This document shows, in pieces, positions 8,213-18,645 of a stretch of 64,000 bases of DNA. The stretch spans positions 418,493-482,492 of the forward strand of contig JBNKBE010000001.1 of the NCBI GenBank assembly GCA_050287085.1, read 5' to 3'. Under the pieces are notes generated by a model. The model saw only the letters and a program-made list of their open reading frames with translations, made no database searches and was not told the origin of the DNA. This stretch comes from Polyangiaceae bacterium (lineage in GTDB: Bacteria; Myxococcota_A; Polyangia; Polyangiales; Polyangiaceae). The translations under genes were made by a program, and so were the position numbers. Within the stretch, counting starts at the first letter, position 1, and each line of letters opens with the position of its first letter.

Positions 8213-10065
8213 CAAAGCTTGGGCCCTCCCGCCGGGCTCGGCGAACGGCCCACAGCAGGGCGGAGCGATGCCATTGCCCGAGGTGAGGTGGAGACCACGG
8301 GAGGGGGCAAGAGCGGTGGACGTTCCGAGCCGACTTCCTTGCGAGCCACTTCGAGTTCCGTAATCAACATATCCGGTGCCACCGCGGACACCGGAACCCA
8401 ACCGGACTCAGCACCACACATGCCGTTGAAGACGTGAAGCTCGCTTCCGACATGCGCCACCTTGGAAAGCGCCAGCAGCGGGGTGCCTTCGATATCCACG
8501 CCCCGCACCAACTCCTCGTGTCCGTCCACAAACATCCGGTAGACCATCACCGGCAATACTTTGAACGCTTGAGCATCGCCACGCTGGGTCTGCGTATAGC
8601 CGCCTTCAATTTCTTCAAAGCGGAGCGCGTATTCAAGTCCGCGGGCGCGGGTCAGCGCGATCAAGCGCTCGCGCAGCGTCGCAGCTGGAAGGCCAGCGCG
8701 GGGATGCGCCACGAGGTTGGCTTGTCGTGCGACGGCCGCATACCCCGGCTGTCGCCGTCCATGCCCGTTCGAATCATGAAACGTCAGAACAGGCGTGCGA
8801 GACATCAAGAAGCCCTTCAGCACACCGGCCTCCACCAGGGTTGCGCGTCCTGCAGCAACCCCCTCATCATCAAAGAGGTAGTGCCCGTTCAGTGGGTAGG
8901 GCCCAAGCTGGAGCAAACGCGGATCGTCATAGATGTCGAGGGTTGGTAGCATTACCTGCTGGCCGATACGCCCCGCAAAGGTCTGTCCTTCGTTGCGAGC
9001 CTGTTGACGGTGGCCCTCGACGCGATGACCCAACACTTCATGGAGAAACACCCCAGCAGCTCGACCTTCCAGCAGAGCGGGCCCCACGTAGGGCTCGACA
9101 GCGGGAGCGGCCACAAGCGCCGCGACGTCGCGCAACGTCTGACGGAATGCTGCTTCGATTTCCTCTCGCGCCGGCAACTCGGCCAGCGTTCGCGCGTGAA
9201 ACGCACGAGAGCGTCCTACGCTCATGCCATCGGATGTGACGGCGCCGGCACTGAGGTCCAGTCGAACCCGACCGTAGTGCAGCTCCTGCTCTGCCCCTTC
9301 GGTATTGACGAAAGTACGCGTCTCCTCTTCGATCGAAAGGCTCATCCCCGATTCTTGAATCGCCGCTTCTCCCCGTCCAAGGGCGGAGAGCTCGCGCACA
9401 AGTTCGCGGAAGCGCGAAAGCTCGCTCGGCGTCGTCACCGGTGCCGGACGGGCCTCGAAGAACTTGGCGGCGGGAGCAGCACTGAAGTCGAAGTGGGGCT
9501 CATCCGTGGGCACCTCGACTTCAGCGCTGGCCCGCGCGCGCAGCAAAGCCGCGCGCGCCGCTTCGTACTCGGCCTCCGTTGCCAACCAAATGGCGTTGCG
9601 AACTGCAAGTTCACCGGACGAGTCTTCCGTCAACGGTAGCGGATGGGCTCCGCGATACGTATTGTCCGCGATGTCCCCATGGATCGGATGCGTGTTGTCG
9701 AGCCGCGGATCACCCAGTCGAATATCGACGTTCAACTGCCGAGACTCGTCACTATCATCGGCCACGATGGCGCCAAAACGAGCGCTGACGTCAACACTTC
9801 GCTGGTGCACAACCTGGAAGCTCGCGTAGTAGGGGGGGTCATCAGTGGCCGCGAGCACCCCCACCGATCGACTGAGTTCATCACTCAACACTTCCACGAG
9901 GTGCGAACGAGGTCCACTCCTCTCAGGCTCCGGCGCGGCAAGCGTAAACGAATAGTGAAGAGGTTCAGGCAGCTCGAGCGACGGCGCCCGCAGTGCCCCT
10001 GCCGGAGACTTGGACGTACAAGCGCCGAGCACGACCAACGCCAGCAGGCTAGCCGCGCGCATCAT
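8212..10065 (-). CDS. TldD family metalloprotease, predicted lipoprotein
   Basis: FLHEVLGH motif, IYDDP, FDDEGV, SNGHGR, C-terminal GMCGAESG Cys; lipobox VVLGAC. Confidence 0.9.
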   Translation of the reverse strand: MMRAASLLALVVLGACTSKSPAGALRAPSLELPEPLHYSFTLAAPEPERSGPRSHLVEVLSDELSRSVGVLAATDDPPYYASFQVVHQRSVDVSARFGAIVADDSDESRQLNVDIRLGDPRLDNTHPIHGDIADNTYRGAHPLPLTEDSSGELAVRNAIWLATEAEYEAARAALLRARASAEVEVPTDEPHFDFSAAPAAKFFEARPAPVTTPSELSRFRELVRELSALGRGEAAIQESGMSLSIEEETRTFVNTEGAEQELHYGRVRLDLSAGAVTSDGMSVGRSRAFHARTLAELPAREEIEAAFRQTLRDVAALVAAPAVEPYVGPALLEGRAAGVFLHEVLGHRVEGHRQQARNEGQTFAGRIGQQVMLPTLDIYDDPRLLQLGPYPLNGHYLFDDEGVAAGRATLVEAGVLKGFLMSRTPVLTFHDSNGHGRRQPGYAAVARQANLVAHPRAGLPAATLRERLIALTRARGLEYALRFEEIEGGYTQTQRGDAQAFKVLPVMVYRMFVDGHEELVRGVDIEGTPLLALSKVAHVGSELHVFNGMCGAESGWVPVSAVAPDMLITELEVARKEVGSERPPLLPPPVVSTSPRAMASLRPAVGRSPSPAGGPKL

Positions 10066-10829
10066 TGTTCGCAATCGCCCAGGTGATAGATAGCCTGGGT
10101 ATCGTCGGAAACGTGCTTGATCGCAAATGTGCCCGCCTTGCTCTTGACCGGCTGTCCCTGTCGCAAACGCTGAGGAGCCGCGCCGGTGACGCGCGCCACT
10201 GACTCCTCCCAGGGCATGCCCGGTGCCGCAAACACGTCGAGGCAGCGCGCTGCCGCATCATCGCCCGGACGCGAGAAATGGAAAGTGTAAGACTCCGAAC
10301 CGCTTTCGGCTTTCAATTCTCCAGCGTTCTCTTGAATGCGAAAATCTCGTCTCTTGAAATGAGCCAATGCCTGCGCCCAGTTCATGCTCACCACCTGAGG
10401 CCCTCGGCAGCGGATCGGTTTTCCATTCTGCCGGCTCTGATAGGTCTGGCCGGAAGGGCAATTCGGATCGCCGTCTTTCTCCCATTGAGCCAGCTCTTCC
10501 GGAGTCGGAGGCTTGTTCTCACCAGAGCGCTCAAGATATTCGCTCATGCTCTGAAGTTTGCGTCGCACAGCGCGTAGCTGCTTCAATTCCTCCACCAGCT
10601 CGGCTCTCTCGCAAGCGGTCAAAGCCCCCGTGACAGCGTCCAGCGCGCCGTTCACTGAGGTCACCTCCTTCGGGTTAACGTGCTCCACGAGCGCATGGGC
10701 CGCCAAGTAGTCTGAGCGACACCGCTCAACCTCTGCGCTATTGCAAGCGCCGCAAGCGACGCCCAGCCATCCCCAGAATACAGCCCGTCTCCATCTTCGG
10801 AATGTCCCGATCACGCTTGCCTGCGTCAC
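10062..10829 (-). CDS. Cys-rich hypothetical lipoprotein
   Basis: Basic N-terminus, hydrophobic stretch, VACGAC lipobox; six further Cys; overlaps both neighbours. Confidence 0.75.
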   Translation of the reverse strand: MTQASVIGTFRRWRRAVFWGWLGVACGACNSAEVERCRSDYLAAHALVEHVNPKEVTSVNGALDAVTGALTACERAELVEELKQLRAVRRKLQSMSEYLERSGENKPPTPEELAQWEKDGDPNCPSGQTYQSRQNGKPIRCRGPQVVSMNWAQALAHFKRRDFRIQENAGELKAESGSESYTFHFSRPGDDAAARCLDVFAAPGMPWEESVARVTGAAPQRLRQGQPVKSKAGTFAIKHVSDDTQAIYHLGDCEQ

Positions 10830-11671
10830 TTTCCTTCACCCCCATGCTCGCCGGCAAGCCGCTCGGGCGCCCCGACCAATTCAACCAGCGTGTCCAGCGC
10901 CAACGCGATGGCATCTTCTTCCGCGTGCTGCGCCGCATCGGTTCTGACGAAAGGCTGATCGTGCTCACCAATGACAGCCAGTACGGCACCCGCTAGAATT
11001 CCTCCCCGCGGCGTCCCCAAAGCCACAGACCCCAGTTGAGCCAACACGAATAGGTGAGCGCATTCCATTTCGGAAGCAAGAACACCGGCGCGCGCGAGCA
11101 GGCGGTTGTACTCAAGGTGACGAGCGGCGCTCGGCCCGTAGCCAAGCTCTCGCGCGTAGAGGGTATCTTTGGTGTGCACCGGCCCGAAATGCGCACGCCC
11201 GCGCAAGAGGCAACGTTGCACCGCAGCTTGACAGGACAAGAGCAGCGGCCAGGAGGCTAGCGCAGGGAACTCGCGGGGAATGTAGTCATCACTGGCGGCT
11301 TCGTCGCGTACCGCGGCCGTCGCAACCACAACGTCGCCAGTATGCACATCCGGCTGCAATGAACCACTGGTACCGACTCGTAGTAGAACCCGTGCCCCCA
11401 ACTCGATCAACTCGGTAGCGATGAGGTCGATGCTGGGGCATCCCATGCCCGTCGAAACGGTGGCCACATCCAGCGAGACGCCGCCCCGGCGCAGGATCCC
11501 TAGGTGCAGATCGTGACCGCGGGGATGTTCCTGCGTGCGGCGCGCCTCGAAATGCTCAGCGAGCTGCAAGGCTCGATGTCGCGACCCGGGGAGCAACACA
11601 AAGCGCCCCCGACCGCCATTTCCCTCGAAATCGCCCGGTGCAGCCGACAGGTGAATAGGCTCAAACGACAC
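10826..11671 (-). CDS. nucleoside phosphorylase (uridine phosphorylase-like, PNP_UDP_1)
   Basis: LLPGS..RA, STGMGCPS, LRVGTSGSLQ, AVRDE, ASEMECA motifs. Confidence 0.9.
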   Translation of the reverse strand: MSFEPIHLSAAPGDFEGNGGRGRFVLLPGSRHRALQLAEHFEARRTQEHPRGHDLHLGILRRGGVSLDVATVSTGMGCPSIDLIATELIELGARVLLRVGTSGSLQPDVHTGDVVVATAAVRDEAASDDYIPREFPALASWPLLLSCQAAVQRCLLRGRAHFGPVHTKDTLYARELGYGPSAARHLEYNRLLARAGVLASEMECAHLFVLAQLGSVALGTPRGGILAGAVLAVIGEHDQPFVRTDAAQHAEEDAIALALDTLVELVGAPERLAGEHGGEGK

Positions 11672-11740
11672 GACGAGAAACCTAGCACCAACCCGCGGAC
11701 GAAGTCACAAAAGCGGGTCGTATGCCCATCCAGGTCACAG

Positions 11741-12658
11741 TCAGCGGCGACGCGCGCCGGTCGGCCGCTGCGCTTGGAGTAGCGCCTGGGAGAACGAGGC
11801 CGCCGCCGTGGTCAGCGTTCTTCCGGCTTTCGAGATAAGAGCGAGCTGACGCCGAATGCGAAGGCCCCGAACCGGAATCGCCACAACGCCAGGGGATCCG
11901 CGTCCGGAGCTCTGGACGGCAAGCTCACTCACGAAGGCAAGTGAGCCGGTGCTTTCCACCATTCGCAGGATGGCCGCAACGCTCCGGAGTTCCATCACCA
12001 CATTGACCTCGACCCCGGCCGCCAGGAGCGCCGAATCGATCAAGCGACGCATGGCGGTGTCCGACTCAAAGCCGACAAACGAGCGTCCCCGAAGCTCGGC
12101 CGCCGCGACGGCTCGCGCCCCAGCAAGGGGATCTTCACGCCCCGCAACGAGCACGACCCGGTCGTGACGTAGGCGCGCCGCCGCGATGGCGGAATGGCGA
12201 TTGGGCAACGTGACAACCCCCAATTCCAAGTCCTCGTTCAAGACCGCCTCCTCAATCTCCCGACTCCCCGCTTCGCGAAGCTGGAAGACGACCTCGGGGT
12301 GGGTCTTGCGAAATTGAGCAATGACGTTGGGGAGGATGAACGCCACAGCGGTAGCCCCTCCCCCGATCCGCACTCGCCCGGCCGATAGCGCCCGACGCTC
12401 TGCCAAAGTGCGCTTCAGCTCCTCGAAACGGCGGAGCAATGCTCCTCCTTCCTCGACTGCCAACTGCCCCAATTCGGTGAGCGCGACACTACGTCCGACC
12501 GACTGCAACAGGGGAGCTTCTAGCGTTTGCTCGAGCTGCTTGAGGCGTCGCGAAAGCGCCGATTGTGAAATGCCGAGCTGTAAGGCGGCTGCCGTAACCG
12601 TCCCGCAACGCGCCACGGCTACGAGTGATGTCATCAACTCGAGGTCCACGGTTGCCAA
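11741..12658 (-). CDS. LysR family transcriptional regulator, divergent from acnB
   Basis: HTH (GTVTAAALQLGISQSALSRRLKQLEQTL) and LysR substrate domain; start 12658 or 12649 (ORF track 12685). Confidence 0.93.
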   Translation of the reverse strand: MATVDLELMTSLVAVARCGTVTAAALQLGISQSALSRRLKQLEQTLEAPLLQSVGRSVALTELGQLAVEEGGALLRRFEELKRTLAERRALSAGRVRIGGGATAVAFILPNVIAQFRKTHPEVVFQLREAGSREIEEAVLNEDLELGVVTLPNRHSAIAAARLRHDRVVLVAGREDPLAGARAVAAAELRGRSFVGFESDTAMRRLIDSALLAAGVEVNVVMELRSVAAILRMVESTGSLAFVSELAVQSSGRGSPGVVAIPVRGLRIRRQLALISKAGRTLTTAAASFSQALLQAQRPTGARRR

Positions 12659-12701
12659 CCCTATCGCGCTCCCATACACATGCAAGCTTTCGATTAATTC
12701 T

Positions 12702-12716
12702 ATGCAAATAAGGCAT
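12702..12716. promoter_or_regulatory. LysR-type T-N11-A operator ATGC-N7-GCAT
   Basis: ATGCAAATAAGGCAT in an AT-rich patch between divergent LysR and acnB. Confidence 0.6.
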
Positions 12717-12817
12717 TGGACGCATAGGTCTGACGTCCGCTACAGTGTTGCCCGGATCGCAGGTGCGCTCACGACTCCGGTCGTGAAGGCAGCGCCTCTC
12801 ACCCCCTGGAGCCAGTC

Positions 12818-15394
12818 ATGCTAGAGCAATACGAAAAGCACGTCGCAGAACGCCAAGCCCAAGGCATCGTGCCACTCCCCCTGAGCGCAGCTCAGGTCAA
12901 AGCCCTCACAGAGCTCTTGCTCTCTCCCCCCGCCGGTCAAGAGGAGCTGTTGCTGTCGCTGCTGTCCGATCGGGTACCACCAGGTGTGGACGAAGCTGCG
13001 GAGGTCAAAGCCCAATTCCTCGGGGACGTGGCACAGGGCAAGTTGAGCTCACCGCTGGTTTCCCGGGAGCGTGCCGTGGAACTGCTCGGCACCATGCTCG
13101 GTGGCTACAACGTGGCCCCCCTGGTTGCGCTGCTGAGCGATAGCGGACTGTCGGCCAAGGCCGCCGCGGAGCTGTCCAAGACGCTGATCGTCGGAGAGGG
13201 CTTCGAGCAGGTCGTAGAACTGGCCAATGGCGGCAACTCCGACGCAAAACAAGTCTTGCAGAGCTGGGCTGCGGGCGACTGGTTCCAGCACCGCCCCAAG
13301 GTGGCGGAGAAGATAAGCGTCACCGTATTCAAGGTCCCCGGAGAAACGAATACCGACGACCTCTCGCCCGCTCAAGACGCGTGGTCTCGCCCCGACATCC
13401 CCCTGCATGCCCTCGCTATGCTGAAGGAGGACCGCGAAGGCCTCACGAACGCGATTGCCACTTTGCAGCAGCTCAAGAGCAAGGGTCACCCGATCGCGTA
13501 CGTGGGTGATGTTGTTGGCACTGGCTCATCGCGCAAGAGCGCCACCAATAGCGTCTTGTGGTACATCGGTGAAGACATTCCCTACGTGCCCAACAAGCGC
13601 ACCGGAGGCGTGGTGCTCGGAGGCAAGATAGCCCCCATCTTCTTCAACACCATGAAAGACTCGGGGGCCCTCCCCATAGAGTGTGACGTTTCCAAGCTCG
13701 CGATGGGCGATGTCATTCACATTTTTCCCTATCAGGGAAAGATTGAAAACGAGAGCGGCGAGGTCATCAGCACGTTCAGCCTCTCCACCGACGTACTACT
13801 CGACGAAGTCCAGGCGGGAGGTCGTATTCCGCTGATCATTGGCCGCAATCTCACGACCCGCGCGCGCGGTGCGCTCGGCTTGGGGGCCTCTGACTTGTTC
13901 CGCTCACCGCCGGCGCCGGCCGCAAGCGACAAGGGCTTCACTCTGGCCCAGAAGATCGTAGGCCGAGCCTGTGGACTACCCGGCGTACGCCCAGGCCAAT
14001 ACTGCGAGCCGAAGATGGGCGCGGTAGGTTCACAAGACACCACGGGGCCCATGACGCGCGACGAGCTCAAGGAGCTCGCGTGCCTGAGCTTCAGTGCCGA
14101 CTTGGTGATGCAGTCCTTCTGTCACACTGCCGCGTACCCCAAACCGGTCGACATCGAGACACAGCACACCTTGCCCGAGTTCTTCATGCAGCGCGGCGGT
14201 ATCGCCTTGCGCGCTGGCGATGGAATCATTCATTCCTGGCTCAATCGCATGCTGCTCCCCGATCAGGTAGGTACCGGCGGAGACTCCCACACTCGGTTTC
14301 CGCTGGGTATCTCATTCCCCGCGGGCTCAGGCTTGGTGGCTTTCGCTGCCGCGCAGGGAGTCATGCCTCTGGATATGCCAGAGTCCATACTCGTGCGATT
14401 CAAGGGCGAGATGCAGCCCGGAGTCACCTTGCGCGATCTGGTCAATGCCATTCCTTGGGTTGCCATCAAGAGTGGGGACCTCACGGTCGCCAAACAGGGC
14501 AAGAAGAACATCTACAGTGGGCGTATCATCGAGATCGAGGGCTTGCCCGATCTGAAGGTAGAACAGGCCTTTGAGCTCAGCGATGCAACCGCCGAGCGCT
14601 CGGCCGCAGGGTGCACAATCCGACTGGGCGAAGCTCCGATCCGAGAGTACTTGACGAGCAACATCGTCATGTTGCGCTGGATGATCGCCGAAGGGTACGG
14701 CGACACCAAGACCCTGCAGCGCCGTGCGGACCAGATGCAAGCCTGGCTGGACAATCCTGTTTTGCTTCAGCCGGATGCTGACGCTGAGTACCACAAGGTA
14801 TTTGAGATCGACCTGAGCCAGATCACGGAGCCGCTCCTGGCATGCCCGAACGATCCCGATGATATCAAGCCCCTCAGTGAAGTAGCCGGTACACCGATCG
14901 ACGAAGTCTTCGTGGGGTCGTGCATGACCAACATCGGTCACTTTCGAGCCGCCGCCAAGCTGCTGAGGGACTACGGCGACGTGGTACCCACCCGCCTGTG
15001 GGTGGCTCCCCCCACCAAGATGGACAAGACCCAATTGATGGAGGAAGGGCACTACAACGCCTTCGCGCTTGCCGGGGCCCGAACGGAAGTTCCCGGGTGC
15101 TCGCTGTGCATGGGTAATCAGGCGCGAGTGGCCCCCAAGTCCACGGTGGTGTCCACTTCCACGCGGAACTTTCCCAACCGCCTCGGCAAAGGAGCCAACG
15201 TGTTCTTGGCATCGGCCGAATTGGCGGCGGTCGCGGCTATTGTCGGCAAGCTGCCCACCCACGCGGAGTACCTTAAGTACACTCAGCAGCTCGATCCGAT
15301 GGCAGGGGACATCTACCGCTACCTCAACTTCAACGAGCTCCCCGCGTACACCAAACCTGCCTCCCAAGGCCACGTATCCCTTCCGCTGGTGTGA
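12818..15394 (+). CDS. acnB: aconitate hydratase 2 / 2-methylisocitrate dehydratase
   Basis: 858 aa; HEAT-like N-terminus, [46 protein letters not shown]. Confidence 0.98.
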   Translation: MLEQYEKHVAERQAQGIVPLPLSAAQVKALTELLLSPPAGQEELLLSLLSDRVPPGVDEAAEVKAQFLGDVAQGKLSSPLVSRERAVELLGTMLGGYNVAPLVALLSDSGLSAKAAAELSKTLIVGEGFEQVVELANGGNSDAKQVLQSWAAGDWFQHRPKVAEKISVTVFKVPGETNTDDLSPAQDAWSRPDIPLHALAMLKEDREGLTNAIATLQQLKSKGHPIAYVGDVVGTGSSRKSATNSVLWYIGEDIPYVPNKRTGGVVLGGKIAPIFFNTMKDSGALPIECDVSKLAMGDVIHIFPYQGKIENESGEVISTFSLSTDVLLDEVQAGGRIPLIIGRNLTTRARGALGLGASDLFRSPPAPAASDKGFTLAQKIVGRACGLPGVRPGQYCEPKMGAVGSQDTTGPMTRDELKELACLSFSADLVMQSFCHTAAYPKPVDIETQHTLPEFFMQRGGIALRAGDGIIHSWLNRMLLPDQVGTGGDSHTRFPLGISFPAGSGLVAFAAAQGVMPLDMPESILVRFKGEMQPGVTLRDLVNAIPWVAIKSGDLTVAKQGKKNIYSGRIIEIEGLPDLKVEQAFELSDATAERSAAGCTIRLGEAPIREYLTSNIVMLRWMIAEGYGDTKTLQRRADQMQAWLDNPVLLQPDADAEYHKVFEIDLSQITEPLLACPNDPDDIKPLSEVAGTPIDEVFVGSCMTNIGHFRAAAKLLRDYGDVVPTRLWVAPPTKMDKTQLMEEGHYNAFALAGARTEVPGCSLCMGNQARVAPKSTVVSTSTRNFPNRLGKGANVFLASAELAAVAAIVGKLPTHAEYLKYTQQLDPMAGDIYRYLNFNELPAYTKPASQGHVSLPLV

Positions 15395-16134
15395 AAGGAA
15401 CAACGTTCATTACCGGAGCAAGCTCCGGCCTGGGCTTGGCGCTGGCTGAGCGCAGCTTGTACGAGGGTTATCGCGTAGTGGCCCTGCAGCGCCGAAGTTC
15501 GGCGCTGCGGGTTCACCCCGAGTACAGCGAGGTCTTGGTGGACTTGGCAGGTCCTGAGTCCGCCGTAAACGACGCCGTCTGCGCCGCGCTCTCGGGTACA
15601 CAGAGGCTCGATCGCGTCATTCTGAACGCTGGCGCGCTCGGTTCGATTCAAGATCTGGGCGAGAGCCCTCTGGCGGCCCTGCGCGACCTGATGGATATCA
15701 ACCTGTGGGCGAATAAGACAGTCCTGGACGCCCTCTTTGCCCAGGACATCCCCGTTCAGCAGGTGATCGGCATCTCGTCTGGAGCCGCGGTTTCCGGCAG
15801 CCGCGGTTGGGGAGGGTACGCGCTCAGCAAAGCGGCTTTCGTCATGTTGCTCAGACTCTACGCAGCAGAGCGACCTCAAACGCACTTCGCGTCCCTGGCC
15901 CCGGGCCTCGTCGACACCGCAATGCAGGACTATCTTTGCGGCCTACCACCTCAAGTCGCGGAGCAATTCCCTAGCGTGAAGCGAATTCAGAGCGCTCGCG
16001 GGACTGACACCATGCCAACTGCCAGTCAGGTTGCCGAGCAGCTGCTCCCCGCACTGGATGCCCTGCTGGGCGAGCCGAGTGGTGCGTACGTGGATATTCG
16101 GACCTGGAAACATCGACATGCCGAAGAGGCATGA
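15391..16134 (+). CDS. short-chain dehydrogenase/reductase (sepiapterin/benzil reductase-like)
   Basis: [36 protein letters not shown] overlap with acnB. Confidence 0.9.
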   Translation: MKGTTFITGASSGLGLALAERSLYEGYRVVALQRRSSALRVHPEYSEVLVDLAGPESAVNDAVCAALSGTQRLDRVILNAGALGSIQDLGESPLAALRDLMDINLWANKTVLDALFAQDIPVQQVIGISSGAAVSGSRGWGGYALSKAAFVMLLRLYAAERPQTHFASLAPGLVDTAMQDYLCGLPPQVAEQFPSVKRIQSARGTDTMPTASQVAEQLLPALDALLGEPSGAYVDIRTWKHRHAEEA

Positions 16135-16233
16135 GCCGAAGCCGCCGAGGACAGCTGGCTCCGCCAAGCCCCGCTCGGCTCTCGGTTGGATGCCTCGCAG
16201 ACCTCGAATCCAGCAACGGAGTCGGGCAACGCA

Positions 16234-16749
16234 ATGAACAAATCCGGCGAAGAAATGCAAAGAGCGCGAGAGCTAAAGGCGAAGATCGTAGCGGCCGTGT
16301 GCGTTGAGCTGAGCCGTGAAGTGGACACCAAGACGCGTTCTGCCCTGGCGGCGCATGACGCGGCGACCCACGCAGAAGCCAAACCTGAAAACGACAAAGA
16401 CACACGCAGTGTGGAAGCGGCCTACCTCGCTGGCGCGCAGGCTGCCCGTGCCTCCGAGGCGTTGGAGCGTATTGCACAACTCCGCGCCATCGAGCTTCCT
16501 GATTTTTCCCCCCAAACCCCGATCGCCAGTGGAGCGCTGATCACCGTTGACGAAGAAGGTGAACGAAGCGAGCTCCTACTACTGCCCGTGGGCGGAGGCA
16601 GTGACGTCGAGGTCGAAGGAGTGCACTACCGAACCATCACCCCCACGTCACCCCTTGGCAGCGTTCTGCTCGGTGCGATCCAGGGTGACGCGGTCGAACT
16701 GCGGACCCCGCGCGGCCTGCGCGAACTTGCCATCGAAGCGGTACGGTGA
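16234..16749 (+). CDS. GreA/GreB C-terminal-domain protein (non-canonical)
   Basis: C-terminal ITPTSPLGSVLLGAIQGDAV; N-terminal helix with ATHAEAKPENDKDTRSVEAAYLA instead of GDLSENAEY. Confidence 0.8.
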   Translation: MNKSGEEMQRARELKAKIVAAVCVELSREVDTKTRSALAAHDAATHAEAKPENDKDTRSVEAAYLAGAQAARASEALERIAQLRAIELPDFSPQTPIASGALITVDEEGERSELLLLPVGGGSDVEVEGVHYRTITPTSPLGSVLLGAIQGDAVELRTPRGLRELAIEAVR

Positions 16750-16846
16750 CGCAAAGCGTCATCCGAGTAAAAGTGCGACGGCCCTGTAGTCGGTTGTGCA
16801 CTTCGAGTCAAAGGGGTTGAGCCCTTAAAGTGCCGCTAGCCATCGG

Positions 16847-16865
16847 CTGGACACATTGTTTCCAG
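16847..16865. promoter_or_regulatory. 19-bp imperfect palindrome upstream of porin gene
   Basis: CTGGACACATTGTTTCCAG, one mismatched pair; followed by hairpin AAGCCA-AAAC-TGGCTT (16871-16886). Confidence 0.4.
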
Positions 16866-17078
16866 GAAGTAAGCCAAAACTGGCTTCCCGTCCGCCCGAT
16901 AGCGTTGGCAATCCGGGGATTTACCAGCGTTTTTGCGTGCACTCGCCACCTGAAACGCTGTTGAAATACAGAGGCCCATAGAAACCAAGCGTCCACGAAG
17001 GCCCCTGAACCCACCTGTGAGTGCAGTATGGAACTGGCCGGACGCACCTAATCAAACCAGGAATTAGGAGTCTCTTAC

Positions 17079-18503
17079 ATGCCCTCTACTCGAATTAGTT
17101 ACTTCAAGACTTCGGCACTAACTGGGACGGCCTTGGCTCTCCTGGCTGGCGCAGCACACGCGCAGGTCGCAGCACCCAGCGCATCCGTCAGCGTGACCGC
17201 CCCGGCGCCAACAGCCGCGGCATCCGTCTCAGCTCCGGCTGCTCCCGCAGTTCCGGCTGCTCCCGCGGCCCCCAGTGTTGCGGCCCCCAGTGTTGATGCC
17301 ACGGCAACCGCTCCCGCCGCACCGGCACCCGCTGTCGTCGCAGAACCCCCAGCCATGCCCGTGGCGCCGGCACCCGTCGCCCCCGCACCCGTCGCCCCCG
17401 CACCCATGCCTCCGGTGGAGCCCATGCCGCTGGCCCCGCTAGTGGATCCCGCAGAGCCCGTTGCCGAGGAAGCGGCAGCGGAGAGCCCACTCAACCTATT
17501 CATGTTTGCTGATGCGAACTACGGCATCACAAGCTCACACCGCGACGCCGCAAGCCCCTTCCACCGCGCGTATGCATTCAACGACTCCGACGGTACGACG
17601 AGCAACGGCTTTGCGCTCGAATGGATGGGCGTAGACGCAAGCTACACCATCGGTGAGGTATCAGCGACGGCCAGCTTCCGCTTTGGCGATGCCGTCAACA
17701 CCTTCTTCGGCGGTGACAAGGGCGGCGCGGGTATCGACAACCTGTTGCAGGGATACCTCACCTGGGCGCCCACCGAGAACATCTCTCTCGATCTGGGTCA
17801 GTTTGGTACCATCTACGGCGCTGAGGTTGCCGAGAGCTGGGTGAACCTGAACTACACCCGCGGCGGCCTGTACTACGCAATGCAGCCCTTCTGGCACACC
17901 GGCTTGCGTGCGTCGTTCCAGCTGGATCCGAAGTTCGCCCTCAAGGCCATGGTGGTTAACGGCGTTAACAGCTCCTTCGATGAGGACGATGCCCCGAGCG
18001 TCGGCCTGCAGGCAGCACTGACCCCGTCGGATGAGTTTGCGCTCTACCTCGGTGGCTTTCAGACCTTGGATCCGGAGCATGACAGCTCTGGCTTCGACAC
18101 CTTCCTCGACCTGGTCGCTACCTTGAACATCGATGCTTTCAGCGCGGTGCTCAACGCGGACTTCAACCAGAACGCTGGCGACGACGCGAGCGATTCGGGT
18201 GACGACAGCTCGTTCTACGGTGTCAGCCTGGCGCTGGGATACAACTTCACCAACCACTTCGGCCTCGCCGGACGTTACGAGTTCCTCGGGGATCCCGACG
18301 GCGCAATCTGGGAGAACGAAGACGGCAACGTGCAAACGTTCACCCTCACCTTCGACGTCAAGCCCCTCGACACGGACAATCTGATCGTCCGCTGGGACAA
18401 TCGCTTCGAGAAGGGCTCGGACGACATCTTCGCCGATCAAGAGAACAAGGCCACCGACAAGTTCTTCGGCTCTGTCGTCGGCGTCGTCGTGAAGATGGAC
18501 TGA
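17079..18503 (+). CDS. outer-membrane beta-barrel porin (BBP2-like) with Ala/Pro-rich N-terminal linker
   Basis: SD AGGAG, signal peptide (AGAAHA), LDLGQFGTIYGAEVAES..NLNYTRG..QPFWHTGLR motif, strong codon bias, terminator downstream. Confidence 0.85.
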   Translation: MPSTRISYFKTSALTGTALALLAGAAHAQVAAPSASVSVTAPAPTAAASVSAPAAPAVPAAPAAPSVAAPSVDATATAPAAPAPAVVAEPPAMPVAPAPVAPAPVAPAPMPPVEPMPLAPLVDPAEPVAEEAAAESPLNLFMFADANYGITSSHRDAASPFHRAYAFNDSDGTTSNGFALEWMGVDASYTIGEVSATASFRFGDAVNTFFGGDKGGAGIDNLLQGYLTWAPTENISLDLGQFGTIYGAEVAESWVNLNYTRGGLYYAMQPFWHTGLRASFQLDPKFALKAMVVNGVNSSFDEDDAPSVGLQAALTPSDEFALYLGGFQTLDPEHDSSGFDTFLDLVATLNIDAFSAVLNADFNQNAGDDASDSGDDSSFYGVSLALGYNFTNHFGLAGRYEFLGDPDGAIWENEDGNVQTFTLTFDVKPLDTDNLIVRWDNRFEKGSDDIFADQENKATDKFFGSVVGVVVKMD

Positions 18504-18538
18504 GCTTCATCGACGGCTGACCTGCCATGAAGGTCACA

Positions 18539-18583
18539 CAAGAAGAGCCGCCTCCAAGTGAGGTGGCTCTTCTTGCGTTTGTT
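18539..18583 (+). terminator. rho-independent terminator
   Basis: CAAGAAGAGCCGCCTC-CAAGT-GAGGTGGCTCTTCTTG stem (one G-U) followed by CGTTTGTT. Confidence 0.85.
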
Positions 18584-18645
18584 CTCGGAGAGCCGAGCCG
18601 CTTTTTTTCGGAGCCCGAACGTGGCCTGCAGGTTATGGTCCTGAC

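Noticed and set aside
8213..8401. N-terminal extensions in the ORF track (PmbA-like, PAS kinase, ftsH, lnt, YdjM-like, last lipoprotein)
   Set aside because: They mostly overlap neighbouring genes or lack family features; internal starts give proper signal peptides or stop/start coupling.
14327..15403. Long antisense ORFs (e.g. 358 aa opposite acnB, 301 aa opposite narG, 259 aa opposite the porin)
   Set aside because: Expected shadows of high-GC3 coding strands; no motifs.
16750..17078. tRNA or known sRNA in this intergenic region
   Set aside because: No cloverleaf or T-loop/CCA arrangement recognised.
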